Source: Ignicoccus pacificus DSM 13166 (GTDB lineage: Archaea > Thermoproteota > Thermoprotei_A > Sulfolobales > Ignicoccaceae). Taken from it: a DNA stretch of 32,000 nt. The stretch covers positions 270,001-302,000 of the forward strand of contig CP006868.1 of NCBI GenBank assembly GCA_025340205.1, written 5' to 3'. The number at the start of each line of letters is the position of its first letter. Position 1 is the first letter of the stretch. This document shows, piece after piece, positions 23,569-32,000 of this stretch. The translations under genes and the position numbers were made by a program. The notes under the pieces are model-generated. The model was not told where the DNA came from. It saw only the letters and a program-made list of their open reading frames with translations, and ran no database searches.

Positions 23569-24402
23569 TCAGATGGGCGAGCCTAACAGCATGGCCACTC
23601 CTTCCCTCGGGAAACTATCCAAGGGCTCTCCCAGAAGCTTGCCCAGCTCCTCCGCTTCCTTAACCAATTCCTTGAGCCTTTTGATGACTCCAGCCTTCCC
23701 GACGCTCTCTATCCATCTCCTGAACAGCTTTGCAGAGAAGCTGTTGTCCTCGGAGTAATCCATTAGGTCGTCCGCTATCTGGTAGGCCTTTCCTAGGATG
23801 AAGCCGTACCTCCAAGCGTCCTCCAGCCTCTCCTCCTCTCCAGCAGCCAAGGCTCCCAAGTAGGAAGCTAAGGCGAACAAGGATGCGGTCTTAGCTTCGA
23901 TGATCCTCTCGTAGGCCTTTAAAGGTTCCTCCTCCTTTGGAGGACCGTGAACGTCCCACACCTCGCCCTTTGAGATCTCCCACCATACTTCTATTACCTT
24001 ATTGACTGCCCTAAAACCGTAAACCCTTACCAAGGAAATGGCGTGAGGGATGAGCAAGTTGCTAACCATTACGGTGTCTCCAACGCCATGGACCACCCAG
24101 CTGCTTGGCCTCCCCCTTCTGGTCAAGTCTTGATCGATTATGTCATCGAGGGAGAGGGAGGCGGCGTGGACTAGTTCAAGGGCTAGGGCAGCCGGCATGG
24201 CGTCCTCCGCCCTTCCTCCCAAGGCCTCGCTTACCAGGATCGCTAGGGAACCCCTCAGCCTCTTCCCGTTCTCGACGATATACTTGGCGGTTCCAATTAC
24301 TTGCTCCTCATAGCAGTTTTTAATGAGTTCTTCCAGCCTCTTGTCGATCTCTTTTTTCCACTTCGCTATGATGTCTTTCAAGTTGTCCAATGAGCTTCCC
24401 AC
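23569..24402 (-). CDS. trans-Isoprenyl (polyprenyl) diphosphate synthase
   Basis: The first Asp-rich motif is 'LSLDDIIDQD...RRGRPS' and the second is 'GKAYQIADDLMD'. The 'KRLRGSL' substrate-binding motif is also present. Confidence 0.85.
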   Translation of the reverse strand: MGSSLDNLKDIIAKWKKEIDKRLEELIKNCYEEQVIGTAKYIVENGKRLRGSLAILVSEALGGRAEDAMPAALALELVHAASLSLDDIIDQDLTRRGRPSSWVVHGVGDTVMVSNLLIPHAISLVRVYGFRAVNKVIEVWWEISKGEVWDVHGPPKEEEPLKAYERIIEAKTASLFALASYLGALAAGEEERLEDAWRYGFILGKAYQIADDLMDYSEDNSFSAKLFRRWIESVGKAGVIKRLKELVKEAEELGKLLGEPLDSFPREGVAMLLGSPI

Positions 24403-24550
24403 CAGCTATTGACGCGTAGATGTCAAAAGCGCTCTTGTTCGAAGTGGTTGGGAGCTTCCCTTGGTCAGCGAGGTAAGCGTCACCACCGGGGAGGTGCTGG
24501 AGGGCACCACTCGATACACGGGGGAGAGCGAGAGGCTTTGTGACGAGGTA

Positions 24551-25588
24551 ATGATAATTCACGTCATGACAGGAGGGACCGAGCATAAGGTAATAGAACT
24601 TTATCAGTCTTGCAAGCCTAAGGCCTTGTTCATAACGGCTTTCCCCAAGAGAAACTCTCTTCCGGCTGCCCTGGAGGCCCTTCAAGGCCTCGAGAAGGGA
24701 GGCCTCTACTTGGTAAAAAGCGATGAGGACTTACAGAAGGTAAGGGTTATGGCGAAGAGGGCTGAGAGGTTCGTTAACAGTAAGAGCGTGCTGATAGGAG
24801 GAGTCGCCCCTTGGCTGGTGGAGGTACCAAGCAGGGAAAGGCTGGAGGAGGTCTTCGGGATAAGGGTAATAGACGTAAGCATAGATGAGTTAATAACTTC
24901 ATTTGAGAACTCAAAGGTAGAGGAGGATACAATAAAGTCGATAAAGGCTGGAGCGAGCAAGGTGGAGGTAAAGGACGAAGACTTGGTAAACGCTCTGAAG
25001 CTGAGAAATGCCTTAGAGAAGGTGATAGACCTCGTCGGAGCTAAGTCCTTAGCGATCAACTGTTTTGAGCTAATCAAGCACTTGGGAGTAACGCCTTGCT
25101 TGCCCCTAGCCTTGCTCAACTCCGCTAACATACCCTCCGCTTGTGAGGGAGACCTCTTGGCCCTAAGCGGGATGATCTTGAGCTATATCGCCTTCGGAAA
25201 GGTTGGAGGGGTCTTCAACGTCGTGGACTTGCAGAGAGGAAGGGTGCTCTTGGCTCACTGCACCGCTCCCCTTACCATGCTGGACGATTATTCCCTGGTT
25301 CCCCACTACGAGACCGGAGCTCCGGTAGCCGTTCAAGGAAGGATCCTTCCCGGAAGGGATCTGATAGCTCTTAGATTGAGTAAGGGCCTCAAGGAGGCGC
25401 AAGTGTGGATCGGAAAGAGTACGGTAGGTCCTAGAGCGGACGCTTGCAGAACTCAAGTGTGGATGGAGGCGAACGTCAATCCTAGGGGTAACCACAGAGT
25501 TCTGGTGGACTCCTCCGACACGAGGGCGCTAAGAGCTGCCCTCGGAGCCTTTGGAATAAAGCCTCCTGACGAGCTCTATCTGGCTTAG
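24551..25588 (+). CDS. FucI/AraA-like (L-fucose-isomerase-related) family protein; the ORF track extends it to 24461, but the ATG at 24551 is more likely
   Basis: 'LAINCFELIK..GVTPCLPLALLNSANIPSACEGDLLALSGMIL' and 'LLAHCTAP' fit my recollection of the sugar-isomerase-related family pattern (aCE.D..ga..m.il; l.HcG). Starting at 24551 leaves a 148-bp divergent promoter region. Confidence 0.45.
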   Translation: MIIHVMTGGTEHKVIELYQSCKPKALFITAFPKRNSLPAALEALQGLEKGGLYLVKSDEDLQKVRVMAKRAERFVNSKSVLIGGVAPWLVEVPSRERLEEVFGIRVIDVSIDELITSFENSKVEEDTIKSIKAGASKVEVKDEDLVNALKLRNALEKVIDLVGAKSLAINCFELIKHLGVTPCLPLALLNSANIPSACEGDLLALSGMILSYIAFGKVGGVFNVVDLQRGRVLLAHCTAPLTMLDDYSLVPHYETGAPVAVQGRILPGRDLIALRLSKGLKEAQVWIGKSTVGPRADACRTQVWMEANVNPRGNHRVLVDSSDTRALRAALGAFGIKPPDELYLA

Positions 25589-25951
25589 GAACCTCCTCGC
25601 CTCCTCCTCAGTCCTCTTCTTGTCCTCCTCGTACTCCCTTTCATCTCCGAAGATGAACTCGCAGTCCTCGAAGAGTCTCTTCCTACTTGATGGATTTACC
25701 CTATCTACTACGAAGAACTTTGGATCCGTGTGATACCTAGTGTAGATGTAGTCGTGGAGATCAGTTGCGTAAATGGTAGCCTTTTTCGGATCCTTGAACT
25801 TTATGACAACCCTTATCCACTGAGCTGTGTCTGGGCATGCCAAGACATAGGATATAGGGATGAGTTCCTTAACATCCTCAAGGGCCTTGAGGACCAGCTT
25901 TTTTCTGGCCTCGTACATTACCTTTATCTTTTCATCCTCCACGGATCCCAT
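25529..25951 (-). CDS. Hypothetical protein downstream of the SAM synthetase gene
   Basis: 140-aa ORF lying 9 nt downstream of the MAT stop on the same strand. It overlaps the 3' end of the convergent 24551..25588 gene by 60 nt. Confidence 0.5.
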   Translation of the reverse strand: MGSVEDEKIKVMYEARKKLVLKALEDVKELIPISYVLACPDTAQWIRVVIKFKDPKKATIYATDLHDYIYTRYHTDPKFFVVDRVNPSSRKRLFEDCEFIFGDEREYEEDKKRTEEEARRFLSQIELVRRLYSKGSEGSS

Positions 25952-25960
25952 CCCAAGAAA

Positions 25961-27166
25961 TCAGAAGAGCATTACCTTTCCTTCAATGATCTCCTTGGTT
26001 ATCTGAGGTATTCTGTCGAGCACCTCCTCAGCTATCTCTTGCGCCCTCTTCCTTATGCTTTCATTGATTTCTCCCTTAACCCTCAGAGTCGCTACCAAGG
26101 GCTCGGTTATCGGCTTGCCTATCTGGCTCAGGAGCTCTACGTACACCTCCTTGGTCTCCGGAAGCTCCTCAACCACCTTCCTAGCTATCTCGTTAGCGGC
26201 CACGTTGTAGAGCTTCCCTACGTGGCTCACCGGGTTCTTTCCAGCAGCAGCTTCCATGCTCATGGGCCTCATGGGAGTGATTAGGCCGTTAACCCTGTTG
26301 CCCCTTCCGGTCATTCCGTCATCTCCGTGCTCGGAGCTGGTTCCGGTTACCGTTAGGTAGTAGATCCCTTGTTCAGGCTTGTCGGCGGTGTTCACGAATA
26401 TCTCCACGTCGTGGTTGGGGGCGTATTCCCTCGCTACCCCCTCAGCTATGTCCTTCACTTGCTCCTTGACGGCCATGTACTCTCCCGGATCTCTAACCTC
26501 GGAGCTCACGATAGCAGCAGCTATGGTGAGCTTGATCTTGTTGCCTAGCCTGAGTCCCATTACCTTTATGTCCTCTCCTAGGGCCTTGACCTTGCTCTTG
26601 GTCTCAGGGGAGTTCAGCTTCCTCTCGACGTGGAACACCACGTTCTCCAGGGTGCTGAAGGGAGCGTAGCCGACTCCCACGGAAGTGTCGTTTGCAAGGG
26701 GAACGGTCTTGCCCAGCTCGAACACTCCCACCAGATCGGCTGATCCCTTTCCTACCTTGTAGTCTATGATCACGTCGTGCTCAACGTCTAGGTGGGGCAA
26801 GTTCTTCTTTAGCCAGTCCTTAGCTGCTCTGATCAGGATGGTTCCGAGAGGTATCTGCTCTATTCCGTCTTCAGTTCTGACCTCGGTCACGGCCCTTCCG
26901 GAGATCACTATGTATATGGGATGTAGGACCTCTCCTCCTCCGAACTTAGGGTTGGCCTGTCCTCCAACTAGTAGGGTCTTGTCGAGGTTGTGGTGGAATA
27001 TGTGGCCGAACCTCTCAAGGTAGAAGAGGGAGAGCTGTCTGCTGGCCTCCTCGGAGATAGCGTCAGAGATGTAGTCGGGGTGTCCGGTTCCCTTCCTCTC
27101 CACTATCTCAGTGTCTATCTCATCCTGAGGGGGTAGAGGTAGCTTTGATACCACTACGTTCTTCAT
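25961..27166 (-). CDS. mat: Archaeal-type S-adenosylmethionine synthetase
   Basis: '[14 protein letters not shown]', 'HHNLDK', '[14 protein letters not shown]', '[10 protein letters not shown]', '[48 protein letters not shown]' and the C-terminal 'IEGKVMLF' align closely by eye with the M. jannaschii MAT. Confidence 0.95.
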   Translation of the reverse strand: MKNVVVSKLPLPPQDEIDTEIVERKGTGHPDYISDAISEEASRQLSLFYLERFGHIFHHNLDKTLLVGGQANPKFGGGEVLHPIYIVISGRAVTEVRTEDGIEQIPLGTILIRAAKDWLKKNLPHLDVEHDVIIDYKVGKGSADLVGVFELGKTVPLANDTSVGVGYAPFSTLENVVFHVERKLNSPETKSKVKALGEDIKVMGLRLGNKIKLTIAAAIVSSEVRDPGEYMAVKEQVKDIAEGVAREYAPNHDVEIFVNTADKPEQGIYYLTVTGTSSEHGDDGMTGRGNRVNGLITPMRPMSMEAAAGKNPVSHVGKLYNVAANEIARKVVEELPETKEVYVELLSQIGKPITEPLVATLRVKGEINESIRKRAQEIAEEVLDRIPQITKEIIEGKVMLF

Positions 27167-27169
27167 GTC

Positions 27170-27442
27170 TCACAGCCCCAATACCTTGTGGTAATCCAAA
27201 CTTACGTACATGACGTAGCTTCCCCTGATCATGACCCTTCCGTACTTCGCTATTACCTCGCCAGTCTCTGGAGATCTCTCCTCGCAGTCGTCCAGTATCA
27301 AGTTCATCGTGTTGTCACTGAACACCAGCTTTCCGGTGTACTCGCTTCCGTCCTTTAGCTTCACTAAGACCACGTTGTTCTTCGCACCTCTGAGGTACTT
27401 CAGGGGACTCTCTAGCTTGAGCTTGGTTTCCTCGCGTGGCAC
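27170..27442 (-). CDS. Sm-like (LSm) archaeal protein
   Basis: The Sm1 motif is 'VVLVKLKDGSEYTGKLVFSDNTMNLILDD' and the Sm2 motif is 'GRVMIRGSYVMYV'. It has a GTG start and sits 3 nt upstream of mat. Confidence 0.8.
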   Translation of the reverse strand: MPREETKLKLESPLKYLRGAKNNVVLVKLKDGSEYTGKLVFSDNTMNLILDDCEERSPETGEVIAKYGRVMIRGSYVMYVSLDYHKVLGL

Positions 27443-27564
27443 GCTGCCTTCCCTAATTGCCTCAACCGATGGTTGCTTTAAAGAGGTTCCGCGGGAGCTC
27501 GTCTCAAAGCGAATAGCGCCTTCTGACTCTTAGCTCGTGGAGAGGTTGGGGTAGGGGAGAAAAG

Positions 27565-28032
27565 GTGGCCCTCTCCAAACCAATTCCCAAAGACATAACC
27601 GAAGAGCTCTTCAGATACCGCTTAGAGCAAGCTGAGGAAGAGGTTAAGCTTGCTAAGAGGCTCTTGAAGGAAGGTTTCATTAGGAACGCCGCTGGTAAGG
27701 CCTTCCAAGCCTGGAAGGAACTGCTCGGAGCTTACATCGTCAAGCACTATGAGGACCTCAAGGGCTTCTACAGCGAGGAAAAGTTGAAGAAGTTAGCTTT
27801 ACTCGTTCCGACCACGAAGATGAAGGAAATAAGCAACAAGTTGGCTCAAGTTGGGGAAAGGGAACTAACTGCTTGGACCGATAAGGCCCTCTCCCTCCAT
27901 AGGTTCCAATATAACGGCCCAGATCCAGACTTGGCCCTAAGCGATTACAGGAGCGAGGAGGAAGCTAGAGAGGATATTGAGATATTGATTGGGGAGATAG
28001 AGAGGAGAGTGAGAGAACTTAGGAAAGGTTGA
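27565..28032 (+). CDS. PaREP1-family-like (HEPN-like helical) protein
   Basis: 'EEVKLAKRLLKEGFIRNAAGKAFQAWKELLGAYIV' resembles the conserved core of archaeal PaREP1 proteins as I recall it. The start is GTG. Confidence 0.4.
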   Translation: MALSKPIPKDITEELFRYRLEQAEEEVKLAKRLLKEGFIRNAAGKAFQAWKELLGAYIVKHYEDLKGFYSEEKLKKLALLVPTTKMKEISNKLAQVGERELTAWTDKALSLHRFQYNGPDPDLALSDYRSEEEAREDIEILIGEIERRVRELRKG

Positions 28033-29035
28033 AAGCCTCGTCTGCCATAGACAAGATTTCCAGAAGCAATCGTCGGTGTCTTTCGGAATCTTCCTCTATA
28101 TCCCCCATAAATGATAACTTTACGTATCCGAAGTTACAATTCAACACCTTTACCTCTTCCATACGCGAACGGACAACAGCTATAAAGAAGTAGTCTTTCC
28201 CAAGTTCTTTTTCGTACGCGCTTAGTTGATAATAGGCCCTTCGCAGAGCTTCCTTATCATCTCTATAGAATTTACATTCAATGATGATGCTAGTTTTCCT
28301 TTTTGGGAGAAAGATGTCTATTATTGGATCAAGGAAGCATGAGCCATTCAATTTCACATTTAAGTAGGCTTCACCAAAGGGACCGCTAAGTTTAGAACCT
28401 TTGAACTTGAGACGAAGAACTTTATCTTCTCTAAGGATTAGAGAAGCAACGTAGAGTTCGAAAAGAAATCCAAAAGCGGTTTCTCGGAATTCGTAACCTT
28501 CCCTCTTTCCTCGTTTTCCAATATTCTCGATCATCTTGAGCACTTTTGATAAATAAATCAATCTTGGACTTCTAGGTGTTTTAGGAGGAAATCTTGAAGT
28601 CTCCAATATATAGGGCAAGTAATGCATTCGATCCCTCAGTACCATGGAGGCAAACGGATCACGCTTGATATGATTCATTATTGCTATTATCTTCCTCGAA
28701 AGCCATGAAATCTCAGAAATGAAGGATCGGTTAGCAGAGGGTCTGTACCATGATAATTTATTCTTAATCAGCGGTCTTCCAGGAGGAACGTCAAATGCTT
28801 CAATTCCCCCACCTTTTCGGGCCTTCAAGTATTCTTCTGTCAATTCTTTCATTATGTCCCGAAGAAGCATGGCCTCTATTACATTTAGCGAATCATCATC
28901 GGCCAAGTAAGGTGGAAGTTCCATCTTTATAGAATCCTTCAAATAAGCGACTATCTCAGCCTTGGCTAGATCAAATTCATCCCTTACATCTTTTAAGGCA
29001 CTCAAGTTCATCCGGATCCACCTTTCTCCCTTCAA
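28019..29035 (-). CDS. McrC-like PD-(D/E)xK nuclease partner of the upstream AAA+ protein
   Basis: It lies immediately downstream of, and overlaps, the McrB-like gene. The C-terminal 'DPIIDIFLPKRKTSIIIECKFY' fits a D...E.K nuclease core. The gene is AT-rich. The start could instead be the internal Met (MNLSALKD). Confidence 0.55.
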   Translation of the reverse strand: MKGERWIRMNLSALKDVRDEFDLAKAEIVAYLKDSIKMELPPYLADDDSLNVIEAMLLRDIMKELTEEYLKARKGGGIEAFDVPPGRPLIKNKLSWYRPSANRSFISEISWLSRKIIAIMNHIKRDPFASMVLRDRMHYLPYILETSRFPPKTPRSPRLIYLSKVLKMIENIGKRGKREGYEFRETAFGFLFELYVASLILREDKVLRLKFKGSKLSGPFGEAYLNVKLNGSCFLDPIIDIFLPKRKTSIIIECKFYRDDKEALRRAYYQLSAYEKELGKDYFFIAVVRSRMEEVKVLNCNFGYVKLSFMGDIEEDSERHRRLLLEILSMADEAFNLS

Positions 29036-30371
29036 CTTCTCTCAAAGCAAGGTACACTTTTTCACAGAAGTCGGGTTGCAACTCCAAAGAAGGAGGAACG
29101 AATACGGAACAGAAAGCCCTCCTTATACCGAGGACTTCCTTTAATGATTTATATAGATCAAGAGCACCCTTACCCATGGGTATCGGAATAGTAATACTCT
29201 TTTCAAGGACTTTTCTCATGAATTCGACAACCCATTGATCTTCTTCGTCCGTCCTTATGTCTATTTGCATCATCAATACCGGAAAGAACCTTCTCCTCAG
29301 AGCTTCTCCTAACGTAAAGGTACTAGCATAATCGACGGTATTCATGGTAGCTGCTATCCTCAAATTTTGTCTTATCGTCTCTTTGTTATACTTAAGTATG
29401 TTTAAAGCTTTCTTCGCTATTTCGTCCAACTCCATCTCTCTTTTCCTTCTTTCTAGAAATTGTTCTAAAACTTCTAAGTTCCATTGATGCGGCATTGGTC
29501 CCGAGAAAGTAGCAAAGAAGATACCAAATGCCTTATCTGCATCACATCTGTTTATTTCATCGAATATCAAGAGGGTCTTTCCTTTACAAGATTCCACTAT
29601 GGCTTCCAGCAGCGCCCCCGAAGAGAACGCCAAGGTGGAGTGTTTCAGCGTCTCCCCTCCTATTACGTCCTTCTCGGTCCAAGTTGCATTACCTACGTAT
29701 ATCAAAGTTTTCACGCCCTTCTCTTTTAGACGCACCAAGGTGGATGTCTTCCCTATTCCTGGAGGACCTTCTAACAAGATATTTCCTCTTTTAAGGAGGG
29801 ATAGAGGCGGTTCGATCTCTATTTTCTCCCAAGGATCGTTCTTACAAGATATACCGAGGATTCTCAAAATAACTTCCCTTATCTCTTCTGATCTTTTGCT
29901 CACTCTCTGGAGACTTTGACTACCAAAACCTTGGTACACCAATCCAAGAACTTCGGTTGCCTCACAACCCTTTATCAGGGGTTTAAGAAATACCAGATAT
30001 CTGAAGCTCTCTGCTTTTTCCCACTTAAGGTTTAACGCCTCCTTTAGCTCACTGTCCTTGTCGTCTGCGACACAAACGATTGGACCTACTAAGGGAAAGT
30101 CTACGTTCTTTTTCTTTCCACAGTAGTGTACTATTCCCCAAGCCTTTCCCTTTTCGACAGAGCGTTTGAGTAAGGAGAAAGTCTTCTCGTTTCCCTTCTT
30201 CTCGGTTATACCCCAAACGAATAATCCTATCTTCTTTAAGGCTTCAATAGAAACATCAAAGTTCTTAGGATTTAAACTGCCTATGACATATACGTCCTCT
30301 ATGCTTTGGGGATTGTAAGCTAGATTACACGTACCTTTATCCCTAACTAAATTTAGCGTCTCCCCATTCAT
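28977..30371 (-). CDS. McrB-like AAA+ (GTPase-type) motor with an uncharacterised ~190-aa N-terminal domain
   Basis: Walker A is 'LLEGPPGIGKTS' (29745-29768) and Walker B is 'LLIFDEINRCD'. The McrB-type signature 'IAATMNTVDYAS...GEALRRRF' is present. Confidence 0.75.
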   Translation of the reverse strand: MNGETLNLVRDKGTCNLAYNPQSIEDVYVIGSLNPKNFDVSIEALKKIGLFVWGITEKKGNEKTFSLLKRSVEKGKAWGIVHYCGKKKNVDFPLVGPIVCVADDKDSELKEALNLKWEKAESFRYLVFLKPLIKGCEATEVLGLVYQGFGSQSLQRVSKRSEEIREVILRILGISCKNDPWEKIEIEPPLSLLKRGNILLEGPPGIGKTSTLVRLKEKGVKTLIYVGNATWTEKDVIGGETLKHSTLAFSSGALLEAIVESCKGKTLLIFDEINRCDADKAFGIFFATFSGPMPHQWNLEVLEQFLERRKREMELDEIAKKALNILKYNKETIRQNLRIAATMNTVDYASTFTLGEALRRRFFPVLMMQIDIRTDEEDQWVVEFMRKVLEKSITIPIPMGKGALDLYKSLKEVLGIRRAFCSVFVPPSLELQPDFCEKVYLALREVEGRKVDPDELECLKRCKG

Positions 30372-30907
30372 TCCCTCTCTTGTTCATCTGCAATTTGAGG
30401 GTGAAAAGAGCTTAATACGATATCTTTTGACGATAATAGTCAATCTAGACATATGACGAGTGCGTGGGGGATAGGAATCATAGGAGAGAAGAGAGCACGC
30501 GAACTCACTAGAATTCACGAAAGATAAGTAGGTAATGTGTATGTCTGTATGCCTTGTAAGACGAAGACGTCAGCTTTACTTCGATCATTCCCACTACCTT
30601 CTCGCTGTCGTTTAAATGGTCATTAGGAAACGTTAAATATTCATAACATTTTGTTCGACTATATGCGATTGGTTCTAGATTAGATCTGGCGTTAAGGTAG
30701 ACTCGAAACCGTATGAAGAGGGATATTGATTTGATAGGTAGTCAGTAAACGAGAGAGAAGAGTCACCAAGGACGCTATCCTTCCCTTCTGCACTTAGATT
30801 AAGTCCATTATTGGATATCGATGACTGGAGCGTGAGGATGCCCTCATCCATCATAACCTTTCTATGTTCTAATCCAAGAACTTCAGTCGTCTTCCATCAA
30901 TATAAGT

Positions 30908-30917
30908 AAATATATAC
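30908..30917 (+). promoter_or_regulatory. Candidate TATA box for a leaderless transcript of the 30939 gene
   Basis: AAATATATAC is centred about 27 nt upstream of the GTG at 30939. An in-frame stop at 30924-30926 limits upstream extension. Confidence 0.4.
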
Positions 30918-30938
30918 AGCTCTTGACTTCCGAGAGCG

Positions 30939-32000
30939 GTGGAAGTTGTGGAGTACAAGGATCCCGGAAAGCCCGTTCACAAGCTGATAGAGGAGCAAGC
31001 GAACAAGAATCCCGATAAGGTCGCCTTCGTCTACGAGGACGGAACCAAGCTAACCTACTCCGAGCTCGTGAAGAGATCAAAGGCCGTCGCTAACCTATTG
31101 AAGGAGAAGGGGGTGCAGAAGGGAGATACCGTGTTCCTCATAATGTTCAACAGGCCCGAGTTCGTGACCGGCTTACTAGGATCCCTTTACGCCGGAGCTA
31201 GGGTAGTCATTGCGGACGCTCTAACGCAGAAGGAGGACTTAGCCTTCCAGCTCGAGGACAGCAAGCCCAAGGTGGTCTTAGCTGACAGCGAAGTCTTGGA
31301 AAGGGAGAAGGAGACGCTCAAGGACTACCAAGTTCTAACCGAGGATGACCTAGCCAAGGCTCAAGGAGAGCACGAGGTAGAGGTAGATTACGAGGACGAC
31401 GCTAGGATATTCTACTATGCTGGAATAGCCGGCAGGACCATGCAAGTGATCCACTCTCACAGATCCTTCACCGGAGCGATAGTGCCCTTGGTACAAGCAG
31501 AGGGCATCGAGGAGAGCGATGTAAGCTTGGTGACCGTTCCCTTAACCCACGTCTTGGGATTGGACGCAGCCTTCCTCTCCGCCTTGGTGAGCGGTGGTAC
31601 TGCTTTACTCCTCAAGAAGTTTAACATGAACAAGATAAAGGAGCTAGCGAAGGAGCACAAGCCCACTTATATCGTAGCGGTTCCTTTGGTATACCAAACC
31701 ATGATGAAGGAGGATGAGGAGTTCGTGAAGGAGTTAGGGAAGAGCCTCAAGTGGTCCATGAGCGGGGGAGCTTACTTGCCTCCAGACGACCAGAAGAGGT
31801 GGGAGGAGCTAACCGGAAAGCCCTTGCTCCAAGTCTACGGAATGACAGAGGCCCCTCAGATCTTCGCGACCACCCCTCAGAAGCATAAGATAGGGAGCCT
31901 GGGCTTCCCATTACCCGGAGTGGAGGCCCTACTGGTAGATCCCGATACGCTAGAGATCAAGGAGGACCAAGGAGAGCTCCTCGTAAGAGGCCCTCAAGTG
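30939..32000 (+). CDS. AMP-dependent synthetase/ligase (acyl-CoA-synthetase-like, ANL superfamily), 3'-truncated by the window edge
   Basis: My own translation is open for 354 codons to the window end: VEVVEYKDPGKPVHKLIEEQANKNPDKVAFVYEDGTKLTYSELVKRS...VPLTHVLGL...YIVAVPLVYQ...WSMSGGAYLP...LLQVYGMTEAP...GELLVRGPQV. These are typical ANL motifs. It is absent from the ORF track because no stop lies in the window. Confidence 0.8.
   Translation, partial: MEVVEYKDPGKPVHKLIEEQANKNPDKVAFVYEDGTKLTYSELVKRSKAVANLLKEKGVQKGDTVFLIMFNRPEFVTGLLGSLYAGARVVIADALTQKEDLAFQLEDSKPKVVLADSEVLEREKETLKDYQVLTEDDLAKAQGEHEVEVDYEDDARIFYYAGIAGRTMQVIHSHRSFTGAIVPLVQAEGIEESDVSLVTVPLTHVLGLDAAFLSALVSGGTALLLKKFNMNKIKELAKEHKPTYIVAVPLVYQTMMKEDEEFVKELGKSLKWSMSGGAYLPPDDQKRWEELTGKPLLQVYGMTEAPQIFATTPQKHKIGSLGFPLPGVEALLVDPDTLEIKEDQGELLVRGPQV

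Noticed and set aside
24320-24685. 121-aa minus-strand ORF that spans the idsA start and the divergent promoter region, plus the N-terminal 30 codons of the 24461 ORF
   Set aside because: It overlaps the 5' end of the prenyl synthase and the intergenic region. The plus-strand gene most plausibly starts at ATG 24551, which leaves this stretch as a divergent promoter.
25730-26284. 184-aa plus-strand ORF antisense to the SAM synthetase gene and the 140-aa gene (also 26379..26669 and 26766..27023)
   Set aside because: These are antisense to a very confidently identified MAT gene and have no motifs. They are typical shadow ORFs in GC-rich coding DNA.

Overview
This window looks archaeal, from a hyperthermophile and probably Thermoproteota. 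Supporting signs are an intron-containing tRNA-Trp, an archaeal-type SAM synthetase, an Sm-like protein, a PaREP1-like gene, and frequent GTG/TTG starts with overlapping stop/start junctions. All calls rest on motif recognition by eye; no homology search was run.

The backbone is fairly GC-rich and carries housekeeping genes: a hisE-hisH-HAD operon, a HIT protein, tRNA-Trp, sfsA, tRNA-Pro, a CBS protein, a prenyl-diphosphate synthase, a FucI/AraA-like protein, MAT, an Sm-like protein and a truncated acyl-CoA-synthetase-like gene.

Three visibly AT-rich islands interrupt this backbone:
- About 2740-5160: a secreted beta-propeller protein followed by about 500 bp without ORFs.
- About 6650-22080: a complete type III-B (Cmr) CRISPR-Cas effector locus plus a CRISPR array. 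The minus operon is cmr4-cmr5-cas10-cmr3. The plus operon is cas11-like, cmr1-like, three inserted genes, then cmr6. The array has 12 repeats and 11 spacers (20796-21562). The island ends next to the 3' end of tRNA-Pro.
- About 28019-30930: an McrBC-like AAA+/PD-(D/E)xK restriction pair.

The most interesting element is the three-gene cassette at 14895-19615, which sits between cmr1-like and cmr6 and is translationally coupled to cmr6. It encodes a P-loop NTPase, a 473-aa unknown protein, and a 747-aa protein with a complete adenosine/AMP-deaminase catalytic signature. That signature is interrupted by two large insertions and preceded by an uncharacterised N-terminal domain of about 185 aa. 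The pairing recalls RADAR (RdrA ATPase plus RdrB deaminase) and the CARF-deaminase effector Cad1, but its position among effector-complex subunit genes appears undescribed. No cas1, cas2, cas4, cas6 or recognisable CARF/SAVED effector lies in the window, although Cas10 keeps its GGDD cyclase motif.
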